DNA of 18,777 bases from Pseudomonadota bacterium. Its GTDB lineage: Bacteria; Bdellovibrionota_G; JALEGL01; DATDPG01. The stretch is taken from positions 1-18,777 of the forward strand of contig JAZDIZ010000188.1 of NCBI GenBank assembly GCA_043804515.1, given 5' to 3'. This document shows positions 16,450 through 18,777 of this stretch, in pieces. The notes beneath the pieces are model-generated. The model saw only the letters and a list, made by a program, of their open reading frames with translations. It did not search any database and had not been told where the DNA came from. Position numbers and translations under genes: made by a program. Numbering within the stretch: position 1 is the first letter of the stretch; the number at the start of each line of letters is the position of its first letter.

Positions 16450-16534
16450 CGCAAGTTCCTTTCTTCCGAGAGCCCTTGGTTCGCAGTGCCTGCAAGGTCT
16501 CTTTATCAGGCTTGAAGCCTGAAGCGTAGATGGC

Positions 16535-18601
16535 TCATTCGCCCCGCTCCGGAGCCGGCATTTTCTTCCGCGGGCCGAGGATCACCAGGCTCAAGGGGAT
16601 CATCAAACCGAGAGCGGCCAGAAACAGCGACGGCCAGAGATATTTCGGATGGTACTTGAGATGAATCCGGCTCTCTCCCGCCGGAATCGGCACGGCCGCA
16701 AAGAGGAGGTGGGCCGGAAACACAGGGGCCCGAGCTCCATTCACTTGCGCCGTCCACCCGGAATCGTACGCCTGGCTCACCCAAACAAAACCCGGGCCCG
16801 TGGTCCTGCACCGGATCTCGTATTCGTCCGTGGAGGGAAGCGAATACGTGCACGCACCGCGTGCCTCGGCTGAAAGGCCCTCAAGCTGTGGGCCTTCGTA
16901 CCAAAGATCCCGATAGGCGTTCCGCCCGCTCAAGAGAAGCGAACGGGCCCCCAACCGGTCCTTGACCGCGGTTCCGAGCGGATAGAACCGGACCCGCGGG
17001 ACTGCGGACGGATCGAAATAGATGTTGTACGGGGCAACGCGGCCGACGCGCTCGATCCCGCTGACGGGTTTCTCTCTGCCCGTGGAGAAGAAGAGCGGAG
17101 CGCCAAGCAGGGAGACGTACGAATGCGGACTCGGCCACATGGCATGAACGGTTTCGATGCTGTCGCCGAACTCCTCGGGTCCGCTCAAGTAGTTCAGGTA
17201 CCTCCAGGAGAAGAACGGGGAACCTCGCCCGTTCACCATCTCGATCCCCTCCTGCACAAACGCATTCGCAAGAAGGGGCCCGTCTCCCAACATGACGCGG
17301 GGCCTCTCCTCTCCGCTCAGGTTTCGTGCGGCTTCTGCCAGCTCTCCCCGCAGCCGGTCAAACCGGCGGGAAGCCTCGGGAACGTAAAAGGGGAAAAACA
17401 ACGCAAGCGGGAGGACCAGGGCGGCGCTTCCCACCGCGGCGATGCCATACCGCACGTTGGAACGCAGCCGTTTCACGAACCGTTCGGAGATCAACTGCCA
17501 ACCCAGGCCGGCCAGCAGGCCGAGAGGGAGAATGCAATTGATCAGGAACCGGCCGGGGCTCCGGAACGAGGCCGCGCCGGGAAGAAGACGGAAGGCCTTC
17601 AAAAGCCAAGTAGGTTCCGCCATCCCAAGCGCCAGGAACAGGAGCACCAGCCCCCAAAGGCCCAATACCCGGGCCTCCCTTCTAAGAAGCGCGGCAAGAG
17701 CGAGCAATACGACGATCGGACCGACGAACACGCCGCTTTCGAATACCGTCGCGTCGTTCCGTGCGATGAAGTCCAACGACGGCCCGAATAGAAATTCCTT
17801 CAGCTGGTGGGGAAAGAGACGGAACCAGATGGCTCGTTCCCAAGGGAAGGCCCCGGACCGTATCGATTCATGTTGGGAGATCGCCGTCGCGATACCCTGC
17901 GGCAGGGCCACCAACACGGCGGCCGCAGCAGCCACAAGAAGCCCACACACGAAGGCCCTTTTCCCGAAAAGGCGCGGCCTCAGCGCAAGCGCCGCAAGAG
18001 CCAGGAAGACGGCGCTGTAATATGCCGTCTGGGGCGCCCCCGCTTGGGACAGCATGGTTCCCTCGAGAAAAAGCACGGCGGTCCAGATCCGCCAATCCCG
18101 CTCTTCAGAGAACGTTAGAAGTGTAGCCAAGAGGTGGGGGATCCACGAAACGGCGGCCAGAATGAAAACGTGGTTCGTCCAGAGATGGGAGCACATCCAA
18201 CCGTTGAACGCGAAGACAAAGCCGCAAAGCCAAGCGGGAAGGCGTTCGAGGCCCAGCGCCCTGCCGGCCCGGAAGCCGCCGAAATGCGCCCAGGCGAAAT
18301 GCAGCGCCAGGTAAATCGAAATGGAATACTCCGGACGGAAAAGGAGGATCCATCGGGGCGGATAGAACAACGAGTTCTCCGGCTCCGCGAGAACGCTCTT
18401 GCCCAACAAGAGATACGGATTCCACAGCGGAAAATGCCCGAGCTTCAGCTCGTTCAGTATGAAACGCTGCCAGGGAAGATAGATCTGCTCGAAATCGTTT
18501 CCGCCCAAAAGGCGCCACCCCGTGAGGTATGGAAAGAACACCAGGATCGGGAATGCGAGGAAACCCAAGAGCAGGCACCAGCGGCGGAGTGTCGGCGACA
18601 T
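16535..18601 (-). CDS. YfhO-like GT-C fold membrane glycosyltransferase
   Basis: N-terminal TM then GND...YLP...PLWNPY...G...LFYP; many TM helices; C-terminal [14 protein letters not shown]...[17 protein letters not shown] plus a final TM, typical of YfhO-family proteins. Start is ATG 18601 or GTG 18604. Confidence 0.78.
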   Translation of the reverse strand: MSPTLRRWCLLLGFLAFPILVFFPYLTGWRLLGGNDFEQIYLPWQRFILNELKLGHFPLWNPYLLLGKSVLAEPENSLFYPPRWILLFRPEYSISIYLALHFAWAHFGGFRAGRALGLERLPAWLCGFVFAFNGWMCSHLWTNHVFILAAVSWIPHLLATLLTFSEERDWRIWTAVLFLEGTMLSQAGAPQTAYYSAVFLALAALALRPRLFGKRAFVCGLLVAAAAAVLVALPQGIATAISQHESIRSGAFPWERAIWFRLFPHQLKEFLFGPSLDFIARNDATVFESGVFVGPIVVLLALAALLRREARVLGLWGLVLLFLALGMAEPTWLLKAFRLLPGAASFRSPGRFLINCILPLGLLAGLGWQLISERFVKRLRSNVRYGIAAVGSAALVLPLALFFPFYVPEASRRFDRLRGELAEAARNLSGEERPRVMLGDGPLLANAFVQEGIEMVNGRGSPFFSWRYLNYLSGPEEFGDSIETVHAMWPSPHSYVSLLGAPLFFSTGREKPVSGIERVGRVAPYNIYFDPSAVPRVRFYPLGTAVKDRLGARSLLLSGRNAYRDLWYEGPQLEGLSAEARGACTYSLPSTDEYEIRCRTTGPGFVWVSQAYDSGWTAQVNGARAPVFPAHLLFAAVPIPAGESRIHLKYHPKYLWPSLFLAALGLMIPLSLVILGPRKKMPAPERGE

Positions 18602-18605
18602 CACG

Positions 18606-18776
18606 TCACGCCCCGACCGAGCCGGGCGAATGCGCGCGCCGCACGAGGCGGGTCAGCCACCAGACGCTGAGAGCCGCAAGCGAAAGGATCAGCGCCAGAG
18701 CGATCCATGAAGCAGGCGTGCCGTCCAGCCAGAGGTTGACGTAAGGGATCTGCCAGTCCGCCCCCGGCTTCCAGGC
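18606..18776 (-). CDS. C-terminus of a membrane protein (5' end beyond the right edge)
   Basis: Manual translation gives ...AWKPGADWQIPYVNLWLDGTPASWIALALILSLAALSVWWLTRLVRRAHSPGSVGA*, with one TM helix and a basic tail. The stop is immediately upstream of the next start. Confidence 0.6.
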   Translation of the reverse strand, partial: AWKPGADWQIPYVNLWLDGTPASWIALALILSLAALSVWWLTRLVRRAHSPGSVGA

Positions 18777-18777
18777 G

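Noticed and set aside
16506..16522. TCAGGCT-tga-AGCCTGA hairpin between the YfhO-like gene and gnd as a terminator
   Set aside because: Short 7-bp stem with no U-tract on the minus strand. It could be an operator but nothing supports that.

Overview
GC-rich bacterial chromosomal window of mostly central-metabolism genes. In order: argH (5' part, minus strand, absent from the ORF track because it runs off the left edge) with two ARG-box-like operators; a flavin reductase-like protein; an orphan secreted protein; fused glutamate formiminotransferase-cyclodeaminase (FTCD); a TMTC-like GT-C/TPR membrane protein; class I fumarase; a minus-strand cupin / divergent alanine dehydrogenase-like / family I CoA-transferase cluster; asnA; a gnd-pgl-zwf operon; a YfhO-like GT-C protein; and the C-terminus of another membrane protein. 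I saw no tRNA, rRNA, CRISPR array or transposase. Three observations stand out. (1) A ~170-200 bp structured repeat occurs twice (about 7808-8009 and 12998-13169). Each copy lies in a long convergent intergenic gap, starts exactly at the TAA stop of a minus-strand gene, and folds into a rod with periodic GNA/GNA internal loops and a variable apex. (2) Further hairpin-dense non-coding DNA fills both gaps. (3) The Ald-like protein has altered substrate-binding residues and sits next to a CoA-transferase. All calls come from reading the sequence and recalling family motifs; no searches or folding programs were run.
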